Positions 17,834-27,013 of a stretch of 55,094 nt of DNA are shown piece by piece. The notes under the pieces were generated by a model. That model saw nothing but the letters and a program-made list of their open reading frames with translations, was not told where the DNA came from and ran no database searches. Source of the DNA: a virus (taxonomy: Duplodnaviria > Caudoviricetes); IMG/VR virus record IMGVR_UViG_3300044955_000042, positions 1-55,094 of that record; one strand, 5' to 3'. Within the stretch, counting starts at the first letter, position 1. Every line of letters starts with the position of its first letter. Position numbers and translations under genes: made by a program.

Positions 17834-18816
17834 CTAAAACCTCTGTTATTTGTACTTTCAAGGACACCTGGCTGGAAGGTATTTCCGGGAAGGACTTCTT
17901 CTTCCTCCTCTTCTGGAATTGAACCTGGAATACCCGTCATCTGTGGGATTGCGGCCTGAAGGTCTGTTGGTGTAGCTGCAGTTTCGTCGGCTGGTGTACC
18001 TGTTGGTCCAAGATCATACTTATCAGAAAGTCCACTTTCCCAAGCCTCAATTACCATACCCTCAGCCCTTGATGTACCGTACTTATACTGGTTTTCTTCC
18101 AACATAAGCTTAACATCATTCTGAACCCTTGCAAGAACTGGGCCATCAATATCAGGTGCCTCAACAAAATATTTACCATCCGAACCAATACGGAGCTTAG
18201 CCTTATCACCCAAGAGGTTTGATGTTAGTGTGGCAGCAGTTTTAGAGAGTCCCTCAGCAGAGTAGGTCTCTGGCTTACCGAGATCAGGCGTCATACCACT
18301 ATAGGTTGAACCACCAGAAGTTGGCAGATCAAAGTCCATAAATTCTTCATACGAGAGATAACCATCTGCAAGCACCTCACTGAGGAACTCATCCTGTGTA
18401 CCAATATCTGCAGAAGAGTACATAGAACCCTTCTTCAACAACTCTGTACCAAGAGCTTTTTGGTTTGGATCTTCAGATGTAAGGAGTGTGTTGATCTGGT
18501 CACCCACACGAGCTACAATAGCGTTAGCCCAGCCCTTATCAGCCTCTGTACCTTTGTACTGTGAAACCACCTCAGCAAGTGATCCCATATTCTCTAGGAC
18601 TGTTGCTGTCTCTTCCCCAAAAAGGTTCACACCCTTACGGTATACAGCAGCACTTGCTTTTGCTGCAGCTTTGGCTTGAGACCTACGTTCCATAAGAACT
18701 GGCAAAAGACGTTCTGTAATACGGTCTTTACGCTCTTGCTCCATAAGCTCACGCTTGAACTTACGATCTTCTTTTTCTTTAATGTACTCTGCCGCACCGG
18801 CCCATGACCAACCCAT
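17830..18816 (-). CDS. Putative internal virion protein
   Basis: 328 aa, coupled to neighbours in the ejection-protein block. Confidence 0.6.
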   Translation of the reverse strand: MGWSWAGAAEYIKEKEDRKFKRELMEQERKDRITERLLPVLMERRSQAKAAAKASAAVYRKGVNLFGEETATVLENMGSLAEVVSQYKGTEADKGWANAIVARVGDQINTLLTSEDPNQKALGTELLKKGSMYSSADIGTQDEFLSEVLADGYLSYEEFMDFDLPTSGGSTYSGMTPDLGKPETYSAEGLSKTAATLTSNLLGDKAKLRIGSDGKYFVEAPDIDGPVLARVQNDVKLMLEENQYKYGTSRAEGMVIEAWESGLSDKYDLGPTGTPADETAATPTDLQAAIPQMTGIPGSIPEEEEEEVLPGNTFQPGVLESTNNRGFR

Positions 18817-19388
18817 TATACAGCTCTCCTGCTCATAAGACCCTTACTAGGCACTTCTTGTGGTTGTGGCATGTCCATATCAGCTGGAGCCTCTTCACCA
18901 CCTTCAAAGTCAGTGACCTCTGCGTCAGCTTCCTCTGTCGTCATTTCACCTTCTTCAGGTACATCCACATCTGGAATATCAATACCAGACTCTTTCAACA
19001 TCTTCTGTGCCCTTTGACGAACCATCTCTTTACGTGCTTCATCAGTTGAGCCATCATCAATACCCTCATCATATTCAACACCAAGAGAGTCAGCAGTCTT
19101 TTTAATAAACTCGTGAATAGCAGGTGCAACAATCAGGCTAACATCAATTGAGTGAATACCGTTTGCAACAGCTGCACGAACGATACCAGTGGTGACGGTC
19201 TTAATTGTGAGGCCAGCAACCTCAACAAGGTGAAGTACAGCCTCCATCTTGTCTGGGTCCATAAGGCGTCCAAGGTGCATATCAAGCGCCTCTCTTGGGT
19301 CAGTCACACTGGGTGGGTTCTCCCACGGAGCATTCTTAGGCTTCTGTGTAAGTGACATGCCCGGGATAGGGCCAGTAAAGTTATTCAT
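18816..19388 (-). CDS. Conserved virion-module protein
   Basis: PIPGMSLT..PKNAPWENPP, G.HSIDV motifs; ends KGLMSRRAV. Confidence 0.7.
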   Translation of the reverse strand: MNNFTGPIPGMSLTQKPKNAPWENPPSVTDPREALDMHLGRLMDPDKMEAVLHLVEVAGLTIKTVTTGIVRAAVANGIHSIDVSLIVAPAIHEFIKKTADSLGVEYDEGIDDGSTDEARKEMVRQRAQKMLKESGIDIPDVDVPEEGEMTTEEADAEVTDFEGGEEAPADMDMPQPQEVPSKGLMSRRAV

Positions 19389-19391
19389 CTT

Positions 19392-20150
19392 TTAGTACTC
19401 CATATAGCCCGAAGCTTTAATCAACCTGCTACCCATGTGAGGTGTTCCTGGTCTAAGGAAGCTATCAGAGATAAACCTTGTGGCTTCTTCCAAGTCTTCA
19501 ATCTCCCTCAACCCAGCAAGTGTGTTGATACCCATTGATTGAATCTCTGAGTCTTTCTCTGTAAGTTCTTTTTTCAAGTAACCCCAGTTAGCTTCATAAG
19601 AAGATGGATCAAGACCGTTCTCAGCAGCCCAAGCTTCAAACATCTTACGACGAGGGCCTGTCCACTGTGCAAACCCATAACCACCACGAGAGCCCGCTAC
19701 CGTAGGGTTAATCTCTTGCATAAACTTAAAACCACCTGTTTCGTGAGCCAAGTTACCAACAAATGCTGCAGCCTGCTCTTTTGTAAGGCCAAGCTCCCCC
19801 TGTAAGTCTTCCATGAGACGGACACCAATTTCAGCGTTCTCTAGTGCATCACCACGACTAACTGGCTTAAGTACCTCTTCACTCTCTGAACCGGGTCTTG
19901 CTAGTGGTCTCAAGCTTTTCTCTGGAGCAAGGGATGACTCTGCCTCTACTGTATCAAGGTAGTCTCCAATATCTGAGAAGAGACTGTCTACAGATAGGAC
20001 TCCATAAGACATGGGCTCAATCATTTCACCAACATCACCAGATTCTGGTCTACGTCTAGAGGCTAGGCCAGAGGCTTTTGAAACCTCTGCCTGGTCCCTG
20101 ATCTCATCTGCCAAGCTTCTGGCTTTTGTATAACCTGCTGTATAATCCAT
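19392..20150 (-). CDS. Virion-associated lysozyme (phage tail lysozyme family)
   Basis: AAAFVGNLAHETGG, GYGFAQWTGPRR, FLRPG in the C-terminal domain. Confidence 0.85.
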   Translation of the reverse strand: MDYTAGYTKARSLADEIRDQAEVSKASGLASRRRPESGDVGEMIEPMSYGVLSVDSLFSDIGDYLDTVEAESSLAPEKSLRPLARPGSESEEVLKPVSRGDALENAEIGVRLMEDLQGELGLTKEQAAAFVGNLAHETGGFKFMQEINPTVAGSRGGYGFAQWTGPRRKMFEAWAAENGLDPSSYEANWGYLKKELTEKDSEIQSMGINTLAGLREIEDLEEATRFISDSFLRPGTPHMGSRLIKASGYMEY

Positions 20151-20164
20151 ACTATATTATCCTA

Positions 20165-23100
20165 TTAGAACCAATCACCACCGAAGATTTTATCAGTGGC
20201 CCAAAGGTACATTTGTGTTTTACCAGAGTCTTCTTGAGAATCAAGTTGCATTTGAACTGAGTCCAAACTCAGTTCCCCAAGAAGTAGGTCGACATTTCTA
20301 TTAGCAGCATTTTCACCAGCAGAGAATGCGAAGGCCATAATATCACGCTCACGCTGCCACAGATCGTCAAGAGCTTTAGCAGTCATAGCATTAGCCGTAG
20401 CTGCCTCTTCTCTGTTAGCATCGTTCTGTGCCTCTGTGTCTGTAAGTGTGATTGTCTGACGCCACTTAGCATTTGCCTGTGCAATAATCAAACCATTAGT
20501 TGCGTTAAACTGATCTCTTGCAGACTCCAACTGTGTATTAAACCGCTCATTTGCGTTCTCTTCACCAGAGTTAAACTGAGCCATAGCATTTGATTGGTCC
20601 GCATTGAAGCGAGCAATGTTAGCCTCAAGATCAGCAAAGAACTGAGTTACTTGGTTCTCACTGGCAGCATTAAACTGTTCAGCAGCATTCTCAGCAGCTT
20701 GATCAGACAACATAGAGTTAATGATTGACTGACTTGCAAAGATAGATGCCTGCTGTTCATTACTCAAGTTTGTCAGATCCATTTGAAGAAGGTTCTGAGC
20801 GTTCTGCACTTGAGCTTGCTGACGGTTGTTCAGGTTCGTCATGTCCAGGTTAGACATAGCAGCTGCATCAGACAACAGTTTGGCAGAGCTTGAGTTAAGG
20901 TTTGCAAGGTCTACTGACTGTGCAAGCTTAGAGTTTTCAATGGCTCTTTGCTGGTCTGCAGTGAAGTTGATGTTTGCAACCTCACCAATACGTGCTGCAT
21001 TGAGTGTACCCGTTTGCTGTGCATTTGTCAACTCTTGACCACGCATAGCAGCATCAATTTGAGCGTTAGCCAAAGCAGTCTGCTGACGATTTGACAGGTT
21101 TGCCATATCAACATTAACAGTGTTTGTCATGTTAAATAGTCTGGTTTGCTGTTCGTTACTTAGCTCTAGGCCACGCTCTTGTATCAGATTAGATGTGTTG
21201 AAGATTGCAGTTTGTTGTTGGTTGTCAAGAACCTTACCTTCCATAGCAGCCTTTATGTTTGCATCTTGCATAAGTGCTTGCTGTGCGTTTGTAAGATTGA
21301 GGTTGTTGACCTCTGCATATCTAGATGCATTGAGAACAGCTGCCTGCTGTTGATTATCCAAAACCTTACCCTGAAGGCTTGCACGTAGTTGAGCGTTTGC
21401 AAGTGCTGTCTGTGACTCTGTTGAGAGGTTTGCGAGATCAACCTGAAGGTTCTCTGCGCTCCTTTGCAAAAGTACTTGCTGTTCATTAGATAGGTTAATA
21501 TCGTTTACTGTCGCAATACGTGAAGCGTTAAACAGGGATGTCTGCTGAGTAATATCCATAACCTTACCTTCCATGGCAAGGCGGGCAGAAGCATCTTGTA
21601 AGATTGCTTGTTGTTTTGCATTGGCAGTAAACTCAGCTGCTTGGAAGGCCTGAGTAGACTCAAGCATTGCCATCTGTTGGTCGTTTGTAAGTTCTTGACC
21701 ACGAAGAGATGCCTGTACCTGCAGGTTCGCAAGTGCAGTTTGTTGAGACGCATCAAGGTTAGTGAGATCAACTTGTAAGTTTTGTGCACTTCTCTGCAGG
21801 AGAGTCTGTTGTTCATTGTTCAAGTTAAGGTTGTTCAACTCAGCATAGCGTGAAGCATTTGCCATTGCTGTCTGAGTATACACATCCAAAACTTGACCCT
21901 GAAGAGCTGCCTTCATTTGAGCATTTGCAAGCACAACAGCTTGTTGGTTGCTAAGGTTTTGTGATTGAAGTGCAAAAGCATTTGAGCTGTTTTGAAGTGC
22001 TACCTGTTGCTCATTGCTAAGGTTAGCCAAGTCCATGTTTTGCTGTGCAGCTGCATTAGAAAGCGCTACTTGCTGACGGTTATCGAGGTTGGTCAGCTCC
22101 ATCTGCATGAACATTTGTGCATCAGCCTGTGCAATAGGCATAGCAGCCTCCATAGAGGCCTGTACAATAGCAGCTCCAGCCATAGAGGAGGCACCTAGCC
22201 CACGTGCACCCATAGCAGCATTAGCGGCTCTCATAGCCCCTGCAGCCCATGCTGGTGTGCCATCATTAAACTGCTCCATCAACTTGGTCATCTGACCTGA
22301 AATGGTGGCAGAAACTGGTACAGAACCTTGCTCAGCTATTGCAAGTGAAGCTTGGCTTAAGGTACCATTTACAGCTTGTGCGACAGAAGCATTATTGAGG
22401 GCTTCCATTGTTGCAGCAGTTGCTTCAATTGCTTCTGCAACTTTTGTGATATCTTTTGCATCAACTAACTCGTTTGCACCAACAGTACCTTGGGCAGCAG
22501 TTACAGTGCTTTCAAAAGAAGATTGAGCAGCCTCTGCAGTTGGAATATCCCCAACCTTTGCAGCGTCTTGGATTACAGTTTCATTTAGTGTGGCTGACTC
22601 TGTTGGTGGAAGGTTATAGGACGTTTGGGCATCTACAAGCTCACCACTCTCAACTGAACCTTCAGCTGATGTAAGTTTGTTTTCGTATTCAGTCTTCACA
22701 ACACCAGCTTGTTCAGGGCTAAGGCCCACACCTTGACCGTCAACAAGTTCATTTGTGTTTACTGTACCAGAAACTGTACCTGTTTGCACATCGGCATAGT
22801 CTACAACAGCTTCAGCGCCTGGTGTTGGTGTAGCAAACTTAGCTGCAACAACCTCACCGGGTTGACCTGTAGTCTGTGCAATAGCCTGTGGTAGTGGGAT
22901 ACCCTGATTGGCGAGTGTGGCGGCTTCAGCAAGTTGATCAGGTGTAACTTGAAGATCACCAGTGTCCAGTACTTGTCTAATTTCTTCGATCTGTGGTGCA
23001 GTGAGACCAAGCTGTGCAAGCTCTTCTGTATTCATGGTCTGAGGGGTTACAAGTTGTGTCACCTCACCGGTAGCTGCCTCAGTACCCTCTGCTTGAGCAC

Positions 23101-23710
23101 GAACACCGTCTATAGACTTTGTTGCATCATAGGTGGTGGCAGTCATAGCCTCTGGGCCAGCTGCAGTAGCTGTTGTATCAACAGTTGTGGTATCAGCCTC
23201 CCTGACTTGATCTACGTTACCTGTACCTGCAGCAATTAGTTGTTCTGGTGTTGCAGCACCAACTTTATCCACTGTAGCTGCTTCAACCATAGATGTAGGA
23301 TCACCAAAGATCTTACCCACTGTTTCGCCACCGGTCGGTACATTTTCAATACCAAACTGTGTTCTAGCAACGTTTAGGTCAGACTGTGCTTTTTGATAAG
23401 CCTCTTCTGCGCTTGCAAGAGATTCCTGTGCAGAAGCGTTATCTGGAGATGCTTCTGCAAGACGTGTGGCGTCTACTCTAGCTTTAGTAGCATCTGATAG
23501 TGCAGTCTTTGCATCTTCTAAGTTTGTGAAACTTACATCACCACCTGGAGCCATGCCAGTACGTTTTTGCATAACACGAGAGAACTTACCCATTTTGGCA
23601 GCAGCCCCTGGGTTAGAAGCAATAAAGGCTTCCATCATTTTAGAATCAGCAGGGCCATCATAACCCATCTTGCTGAGAAGGTTTTGTTGCTGTGTTGGGG
23701 TAAAATTCAT
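20165..23710 (-). CDS. Internal virion protein with Gln/Asn/Ala helical repeats
   Basis: 1181 aa with many ~22-residue NLxNxQQxxLxN repeats in the C-terminal half. Confidence 0.75.
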   Translation of the reverse strand: MNFTPTQQQNLLSKMGYDGPADSKMMEAFIASNPGAAAKMGKFSRVMQKRTGMAPGGDVSFTNLEDAKTALSDATKARVDATRLAEASPDNASAQESLASAEEAYQKAQSDLNVARTQFGIENVPTGGETVGKIFGDPTSMVEAATVDKVGAATPEQLIAAGTGNVDQVREADTTTVDTTATAAGPEAMTATTYDATKSIDGVRAQAEGTEAATGEVTQLVTPQTMNTEELAQLGLTAPQIEEIRQVLDTGDLQVTPDQLAEAATLANQGIPLPQAIAQTTGQPGEVVAAKFATPTPGAEAVVDYADVQTGTVSGTVNTNELVDGQGVGLSPEQAGVVKTEYENKLTSAEGSVESGELVDAQTSYNLPPTESATLNETVIQDAAKVGDIPTAEAAQSSFESTVTAAQGTVGANELVDAKDITKVAEAIEATAATMEALNNASVAQAVNGTLSQASLAIAEQGSVPVSATISGQMTKLMEQFNDGTPAWAAGAMRAANAAMGARGLGASSMAGAAIVQASMEAAMPIAQADAQMFMQMELTNLDNRQQVALSNAAAQQNMDLANLSNEQQVALQNSSNAFALQSQNLSNQQAVVLANAQMKAALQGQVLDVYTQTAMANASRYAELNNLNLNNEQQTLLQRSAQNLQVDLTNLDASQQTALANLQVQASLRGQELTNDQQMAMLESTQAFQAAEFTANAKQQAILQDASARLAMEGKVMDITQQTSLFNASRIATVNDINLSNEQQVLLQRSAENLQVDLANLSTESQTALANAQLRASLQGKVLDNQQQAAVLNASRYAEVNNLNLTNAQQALMQDANIKAAMEGKVLDNQQQTAIFNTSNLIQERGLELSNEQQTRLFNMTNTVNVDMANLSNRQQTALANAQIDAAMRGQELTNAQQTGTLNAARIGEVANINFTADQQRAIENSKLAQSVDLANLNSSSAKLLSDAAAMSNLDMTNLNNRQQAQVQNAQNLLQMDLTNLSNEQQASIFASQSIINSMLSDQAAENAAEQFNAASENQVTQFFADLEANIARFNADQSNAMAQFNSGEENANERFNTQLESARDQFNATNGLIIAQANAKWRQTITLTDTEAQNDANREEAATANAMTAKALDDLWQRERDIMAFAFSAGENAANRNVDLLLGELSLDSVQMQLDSQEDSGKTQMYLWATDKIFGGDWF

Positions 23711-23756
23711 GTAGTACTACTCCAGAGATATTCTTGACTGTATCGGGGTTAGGGTA

Positions 23757-23786
23757 AGTTATATAGAAAACCACCCTATTTGTCAA
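23757..23786 (-). promoter_or_regulatory. TTGACA-N17-TATAACT promoter for the ejection-protein genes
   Basis: Reverse complement reads TTGACA aatagggtggttttcta TATAACT. Confidence 0.75.
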
Positions 23787-23796
23787 GCAAAGATGG

Positions 23797-23868
23797 TCAG
23801 GGCTTTGTGGGACACGCGACAGAATAAGGAAAGCCAGTCTGGTCAGTTATATCACGAAGTGCCTGACG
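23797..23868 (-). pseudogene. 3' remnant of a tail-fibre assembly chaperone gene
   Basis: Reads RQALRDITDQTGFPYSVACPTKP*, the typical YRQALRDI...GFP...WPxKP C-terminus with W to C. The cognate 5' part is absent. Confidence 0.75.
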
Positions 23869-23965
23869 GCGATCCCGCAACAATAGAAACCCCAGAGAGT
23901 TCGTAGACGATAATCGCCCCATCATTACTCAGAGGAGCAGAGGCGAGGGGCGAAAATCCAAGCAT
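23852..23965 (-). pseudogene. Truncated 5' fragment of a tail-associated gene
   Basis: MLGFSPLASAPLSNDGAIIVYELSGVSIVAGSPSGTS* with GGAG RBS. The N-terminus resembles marine phage tail proteins; it stops after 37 aa at the junction with the chaperone remnant. Confidence 0.6.
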
Positions 23966-23972
23966 TGTTTAT

Positions 23973-24218
23973 TTACTCCGTGAGAGTAGTATTACCAGCA
24001 GTAATCGCGTCATTAAGAGGCGTCATGTCCTCATTTGTCCAAAACGTTGCGTTTACCATGCCTTCTAGGTGCGACACGTTGCGCTGTAGCACCGTCTCGT
24101 CATCCGCATAAGCATCGGGGTCTGCAATAACCGCGTTAATCAAGTTCACACTATCCATGCAAGCGGAGTAGTGTTGTGCGATTTCTTCCGCCGTAGGCGT
24201 GTATACGTCATCGGTCAT
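23973..24218 (-). CDS. Tail fibre accessory protein
   Basis: EEIAQHYSACMDSVNLIN...RNV.HLE.M...FWT.EDMT pattern downstream of the fibre. Confidence 0.7.
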   Translation of the reverse strand: MTDDVYTPTAEEIAQHYSACMDSVNLINAVIADPDAYADDETVLQRNVSHLEGMVNATFWTNEDMTPLNDAITAGNTTLTE

Positions 24219-24442
24219 TATTCTGCCTCCTCTTCAGGCTTTGGGTTTTCAAGCGCATCTACAAGACGCTGCGCAATGGCCTCACGGCCCATCATAAGTT
24301 GGTCCATGTTAAACTGGGTGTTCCCAATTTTGCGGTCCAAATCTTGCACATGGTTGAGCAAAATCTTTTGCTCATCTGTCATAGCGTCAACGTCATATTC
24401 TTTTTCGTTAACTGTAATGACGTTTGTTTTTTTCTCGGTCAT
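24218..24442 (-). CDS. Small coiled-coil tail-associated protein
   Basis: 74 aa, coupled between fibre and accessory gene. Confidence 0.7.
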   Translation of the reverse strand: MTEKKTNVITVNEKEYDVDAMTDEQKILLNHVQDLDRKIGNTQFNMDQLMMGREAIAQRLVDALENPKPEEEAE

Positions 24443-24443
24443 A

Positions 24444-26669
24444 TTAGTCTCCTGTGTTTAATTGAGCTTCTAGCTCGGTTACTTTAGCAGACAACTCTTG
24501 GATCGCCTTAACTAAAACTGGTACTAGCTTGCCGTAAGCAGCTTCAAGTTTCTCTGGGTTTTCATCAAAGACAAGGCCCGGAATTGTGACACCTGTGTCT
24601 TCTTGAGTTTGTTGTAAGTCTTGCGCAATAAAGCCTGTGTCAGGTATACCAACTTTACCACCATCACGCATGTTCCATGTAAATGAAACTGGATCAAGAC
24701 GTTCAACAAAGTCTAACCCTGCCTGTAGTGGTGCCACATCTGTTTTATCACGAGCATCTGAAATAGCCGTAATAGATGTAACCTGACAGCGGAGTGTAGC
24801 AATAGAAGAGTTACCAAGAGTAATCTCGTTATTTGCGGTGTTAGAAGATGCATTTGCAGAATAGCCAAGCAGACTGTTATTAGTTCCTGTAACAGCTTGT
24901 CCTGTTTGATAACCAACAAAAGTGTTGTTTGACCCTGTACAAATGCTACCAGACTCATAGCCAATTAACGTTTGACCATTCGCACCTGTAGAACTTCTAC
25001 CTGCATAATAACCCATATAAACGTTTTGTGAGCCGCCAACTTTTAAACCTCCTGCAAACGCACCTACTGCTGTGTTTCTATTATCTGTAGCAGAGGGTAA
25101 AACATTATAACCGACAGCCGTACTGTCATTGTCATTTGTGATTGCCCCAAGGCTAAAGCTACCAATAGCTACATTACGGATACCTGTCGTAATAGAAGAA
25201 CCAGCAGTTCTACCAAGAAGTACGTTATCACTAGCCGTAGTAACATTTGTCCCAGCATCTGCACCCATCGCTACATTGTATGACCCAGTAGTCAAAGCAT
25301 CTAAGGCATTGTATCCAATAGCATGGTTGTAGTCGCCAGTTGTAATACTATAAAGCGTTCTATTACCAATCGCTACGTTATACTCACGCACGTCTGTTGT
25401 AGTGACGCTGCTGCCAAACATCGCATCACGACCAATAGCAACACCGTAACGGTTACTAGCAGCGTTATACATAGCGTTAGGGCCAATAGAGGTGTTATAA
25501 AATGCACCACGAGGATTGTACATAGCGCTAGGGCCAACAGCAACGTTGTTATCGCCTGTACTTGCGGCCCCTCCACCAGCACTTGAACCGATGAAGACAG
25601 AGCTACTTGTTGTAGTGCCTGTTACATCAAGAGCTTCAACACCAATAACAATGTTCGAGCCATTGCTTAGATAAGCACCAGCAGACTTACCGATTGCAAT
25701 GTTGTTGCTTTGTGTCGTGACATTAAAGCCAGCGTTATAGCCTATAAACGTGTTGTATACACCAGTAGTCACATTTGCACCAGCATTTCTGCCTATACCT
25801 ATGTTGGAAGTTCCTGATGTTAAATCCTCTAAAGCGTCATAACCAATAGCTACGTTGTCATCACCAGATGCCGTAGTTGTTGTACCTATAGCATTATAAC
25901 CAATGGCTACGTTACGTTGGCCTGATGAAATACCCTGACCCGCTGCTCTACCAACACCAACGTTATTGTCTTCGTTTGTATAATACAACGCACGGTAACC
26001 AAGAGCTACGTTGAAGGATTTGGTGGTGGCTGTAAATAGGGCCTGCCTGCCGAAGGCAACGTTGTCTGTACCTGTAGTAATACTTAATCCTGCGCTTTTA
26101 CCAGCAGCAAAGTTATTAGCACCTGTAGTAAAATCTTTTAGTGCTTCGTAGCCTATGCCAATGTTATAATCACCAGTACCACCAGCAGTGCCACCCATAG
26201 CTCCACGATAGCCGATACCTACAGTGTAATCTGCTGTAGTTACGTTATACCCTGCTTGATAACCGACTGCGGTGTTGGAGGTTCCTGATGTTGTAGTAGC
26301 AAGAGCACCGAAGCCTACAGCGGTGTGATAATCACTTGTAGTTACAGTAGTTAATGCCGTGTATCCAACAGCAACGTTTTGACCACCGTTAGTAATAGCC
26401 CCACCAGCACTATAACCAAGCAATACGTTTTGGTCACCTGTCGTGATAGCTGTACCAGCACTTGTGCCTAAAGCAACGTTACGAATACCACTGCCAGCAG
26501 TAATACTGTCTAAAGCATTTGTACCTAAACCAAGGTTACCATCTGAGTCGTTAATACCATCGCTAAGTCCAGCGATATCTGAGGCACCACCTACAGAGGC
26601 ACCGTCTAGTGTAATAGAACCACTTGTAGCGGATATGTCATTAGTCTGATGGTTAATTGTAATTGCCAT
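24444..26669 (-). CDS. Tail fibre/spike with NxAxG repeats and C-terminal peptidase S74 intramolecular chaperone
   Basis: Many 14-residue NVAIG-type repeats. SDARDK cleavage motif, GFIAQD, LVKAIQEL coiled coil. Confidence 0.88.
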   Translation of the reverse strand: MAITINHQTNDISATSGSITLDGASVGGASDIAGLSDGINDSDGNLGLGTNALDSITAGSGIRNVALGTSAGTAITTGDQNVLLGYSAGGAITNGGQNVAVGYTALTTVTTSDYHTAVGFGALATTTSGTSNTAVGYQAGYNVTTADYTVGIGYRGAMGGTAGGTGDYNIGIGYEALKDFTTGANNFAAGKSAGLSITTGTDNVAFGRQALFTATTKSFNVALGYRALYYTNEDNNVGVGRAAGQGISSGQRNVAIGYNAIGTTTTASGDDNVAIGYDALEDLTSGTSNIGIGRNAGANVTTGVYNTFIGYNAGFNVTTQSNNIAIGKSAGAYLSNGSNIVIGVEALDVTGTTTSSSVFIGSSAGGGAASTGDNNVAVGPSAMYNPRGAFYNTSIGPNAMYNAASNRYGVAIGRDAMFGSSVTTTDVREYNVAIGNRTLYSITTGDYNHAIGYNALDALTTGSYNVAMGADAGTNVTTASDNVLLGRTAGSSITTGIRNVAIGSFSLGAITNDNDSTAVGYNVLPSATDNRNTAVGAFAGGLKVGGSQNVYMGYYAGRSSTGANGQTLIGYESGSICTGSNNTFVGYQTGQAVTGTNNSLLGYSANASSNTANNEITLGNSSIATLRCQVTSITAISDARDKTDVAPLQAGLDFVERLDPVSFTWNMRDGGKVGIPDTGFIAQDLQQTQEDTGVTIPGLVFDENPEKLEAAYGKLVPVLVKAIQELSAKVTELEAQLNTGD

Positions 26670-26695
26670 TGTGCGGAACCTCTAATTAAAACTTA

Positions 26696-27001
26696 TTATA
26701 CAGCAGTAGAACCAGCCATATCGTCCTGATCCATTACCCAAGCATAGCACTTGTCTAAGAAAGTTGAACCAGTCTTTGCTTCTACGTCAGTCAGATTTGC
26801 GTTGTAACGCTTAAAGTCTACCTCACGAGTGTCGTCAGTAGGTGTGCTTGTAGCATATGCTGACAAGTCAATCATTACTGAGAACTTAGGGTCACTGCCA
26901 CGCTGACGACTAACTGCCGCTGTGACAATACGATAGTAAGCGTTGTTGAAGGCGATACCGTACTGGCTATTGCCTTCGGCGATATTGTTTTGAATAGCCA
27001 T
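26696..27001 (-). CDS. Tail fibre accessory/adaptor protein
   Basis: 101 aa between two fibre genes; GGAG RBS. Confidence 0.7.
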   Translation of the reverse strand: MAIQNNIAEGNSQYGIAFNNAYYRIVTAAVSRQRGSDPKFSVMIDLSAYATSTPTDDTREVDFKRYNANLTDVEAKTGSTFLDKCYAWVMDQDDMAGSTAV

Positions 27002-27013
27002 TGGTTTCTCCTT

